In this document: positions 41,465-64,000 of the stretch, one piece after another
How positions within the stretch are numbered: position 1 is the first letter of the stretch
Layout: each line of letters starts with the position of its first letter
Source: Tubulanus polymorphus
Taxonomy: Eukaryota > Animalia > Nemertea
Assembly: GCF_964204645.1 (NCBI RefSeq)
Contig: NC_134030.1
Span: 8,831,222-8,895,221, forward strand
Reading direction: 5' to 3'
DNA: 64,000 nucleotides
Notes under the pieces: generated by a model
Told to the model about the DNA's origin: nothing
The model's database searches: none
The model's input: the letters and a program-made list of their open reading frames with translations, nothing else
Program-made: the position numbers and the translations under genes

Positions 41465-42844
41465 TGACGTCATTACGCGTCGAATGGCATCGAGTATTGA
41501 AATTTTCGACGGTATAATTTGCTCGAATTAAAACGACGCGGAAACTTAGACGCTATTTGTCAATCGTCAATCGCTGGTCTTTAATTTCCGATGCATCGAA
41601 ACAATGCGGTTTGCCGAGCCGCGGACGCCGTACAATTCGGAGAAAAGCGGCGGTAATATTTGCGCGCGAAAATAAACAGATTTTCGTGCGATCAAATGGC
41701 GATTGAATTTCCCTCGTGTCGAGATGAGACGAAGAGCAGAAAGTCATCATCAACCCGATTTCTAGACATTTCATTTTGTATATACATAGATGAAATGATT
41801 ACCTCCTCATTCGGATTAATTCCTCTCAAATTGTTTATCTTCTAGGGCCTAATGAGAATTTAACCTACACATATACGATCGAATTCCTATTTTTAAAAAA
41901 ACAACCAAAAAACCTGATCCTACGCTTAAAAAGATGTACTATACAGCGGTATACAATTATTTCGAATCATTCGTTAAAAATGACCTATACGTTATTACAG
42001 AAAGGAACAGCATGCTGCGTACATACAAAAACATGTTAATAAAATCTGTGACGTCAATACTTGAAAAGGACACGTGACGCCTATTGCAGTCGTCAAATGA
42101 ATAAATGTCGACAAGCGAATCGAACTTTTCCTTTAAACTTCATCATTACTCATTGAATATACGTATATACATATAATGTTTTTGAATGTCTCACACATTT
42201 TAGTCTTTATGAATGATTTAATTTTAAGTGTTTTTTCGTATTTCAATGAAGTAAGACATTTTCAAAAGGATGTCATACGCCAATGCACGGTAACTGTACA
42301 TATATCTCGGTGTGATAACAATGAATCATGAATGATTATTCAAATGTCAGACTGTTGTGTGTTTCGCGATCGTGCTAGGTGAAGTACTGTTTAATTTCCA
42401 AAATTTAAAACAATCTCCAGACGAGCATAGTATATACAGTGTCTGATTCAGTCCACTGGACTTCAGTCAAAATAAATGAAGGTACGGTTGTAAAATGAAG
42501 CCCTTGGGCGCTTCGTGGAGTTATACCGAACGATACGGCCACAATAAAAACTCGATAACCTGCAACAAAGAACAATTTGTGTGGGAACATGCTCAACTAT
42601 TGCAATGGAATCGACAAAGATTTTTAAATCTTATAGAATTATCCAGGAAGCCCTTCAATCCAAATCCATCTATAGTTATTCAATGAAAATGAAACGACAA
42701 GCGACCGTGACTGATTAAAAGTGTCCCCTAGACACGTTTGCTGCCGCGGCAATCACAGCTGATTCTTTGTTTACATGCGTAAAGGAAGCCACACCCCCTG
42801 ACATAGCGGAATCACCGGCAATCCATGACGTCACAATGACGTCA
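41465..42844 (+). promoter_or_regulatory. Cluster of perfect cAMP-response elements (TGACGTCA) upstream of SIK
   Basis: TGACGTCA at 41465, 42049, 42826 and 42837; near-matches TACGTCA at ~40942 and ~41302. Confidence 0.75.
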
Positions 42845-42973
42845 GTAGAGCTGTATCTGTATGTAGTGGCGCGATCAATGCACGGTTAAGTTAGAAAATG
42901 CCCTAATTTCTCACGATTCGGGGGCTCTTGATGGCCGTTGGTGGTTCGAGCCGGCAGCGCGGTAGGCCTGGAA

Positions 42974-63687
<20,714 letters not shown>

Positions 63688-64000
63688 ATCTATATTAGGG
63701 GCTAGGCTACGTGTAGTACGTATATTCAATGTCAGTAATGTTCAAATAGAAAATCTTTATTCGTATGTAAGAAAATGTCGGGATCTATTGCAATCATTCA
63801 GGGGTGGATCAAGGGGCAGACTTCGACAGGAGCACAATGAAATGAAAAGGGCTGAAAAAGGGCAAATCAAGTATCCGCACAGCCAAAACTGGGGTCTTAC
63901 ATACTTTATAATTAGTGCATTTTGATACAATTTCTAGGCACTTGGGGGTCACTTGGGCTAGAATAGGCCTATATTAGCTAAATCTTATGCCGCAGACTGC

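Noticed and set aside
42938-42973. N-terminal extension of SIK from the ORF track
   Set aside because: Starts at a non-ATG codon; similarity to SIK2 begins at MAD (42974).

Overview
Eukaryotic (invertebrate animal, AT-rich, GT-AG introns often 75-100 nt) genomic DNA, not prokaryotic. Four conserved intron-containing genes lie on the + strand: the 3' six exons of NDUFS2 (complex I 49 kDa subunit, 12-2934), a mitochondrial-type NADP malic enzyme (18495-23677, 12 exons, ~616 aa), a FAM234B-like FG-GAP beta-propeller membrane protein (27181-37578, 13 exons, ~965 aa) and a salt-inducible kinase (SIK2-like, 42974-63687, 8 exons, ~1012 aa). Introns and spacers hold many MITEs, a tRNA-derived SINE with an 11-bp TSD and (TA)n tracts. 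The most unusual part is the ~12 kb between NDUFS2 and malic enzyme, which has no recognisable protein gene. On the MINUS strand it has (i) an ~800-nt fold-back with ~240-250-nt arms whose mismatches are mostly G:U-compatible only on that strand, and (ii) ~22 tandem copies of an ~240-bp unit that reads as an intron (AG|GTAA...TTGCAG) plus a 150-157-nt non-coding exon. Together they suggest a spliced, repeat-built hairpin lncRNA locus; this is inference and needs RNA data. The SIK promoter has a cluster of perfect CRE sites and a possible uORF arrangement. All coordinates and counts are by hand.
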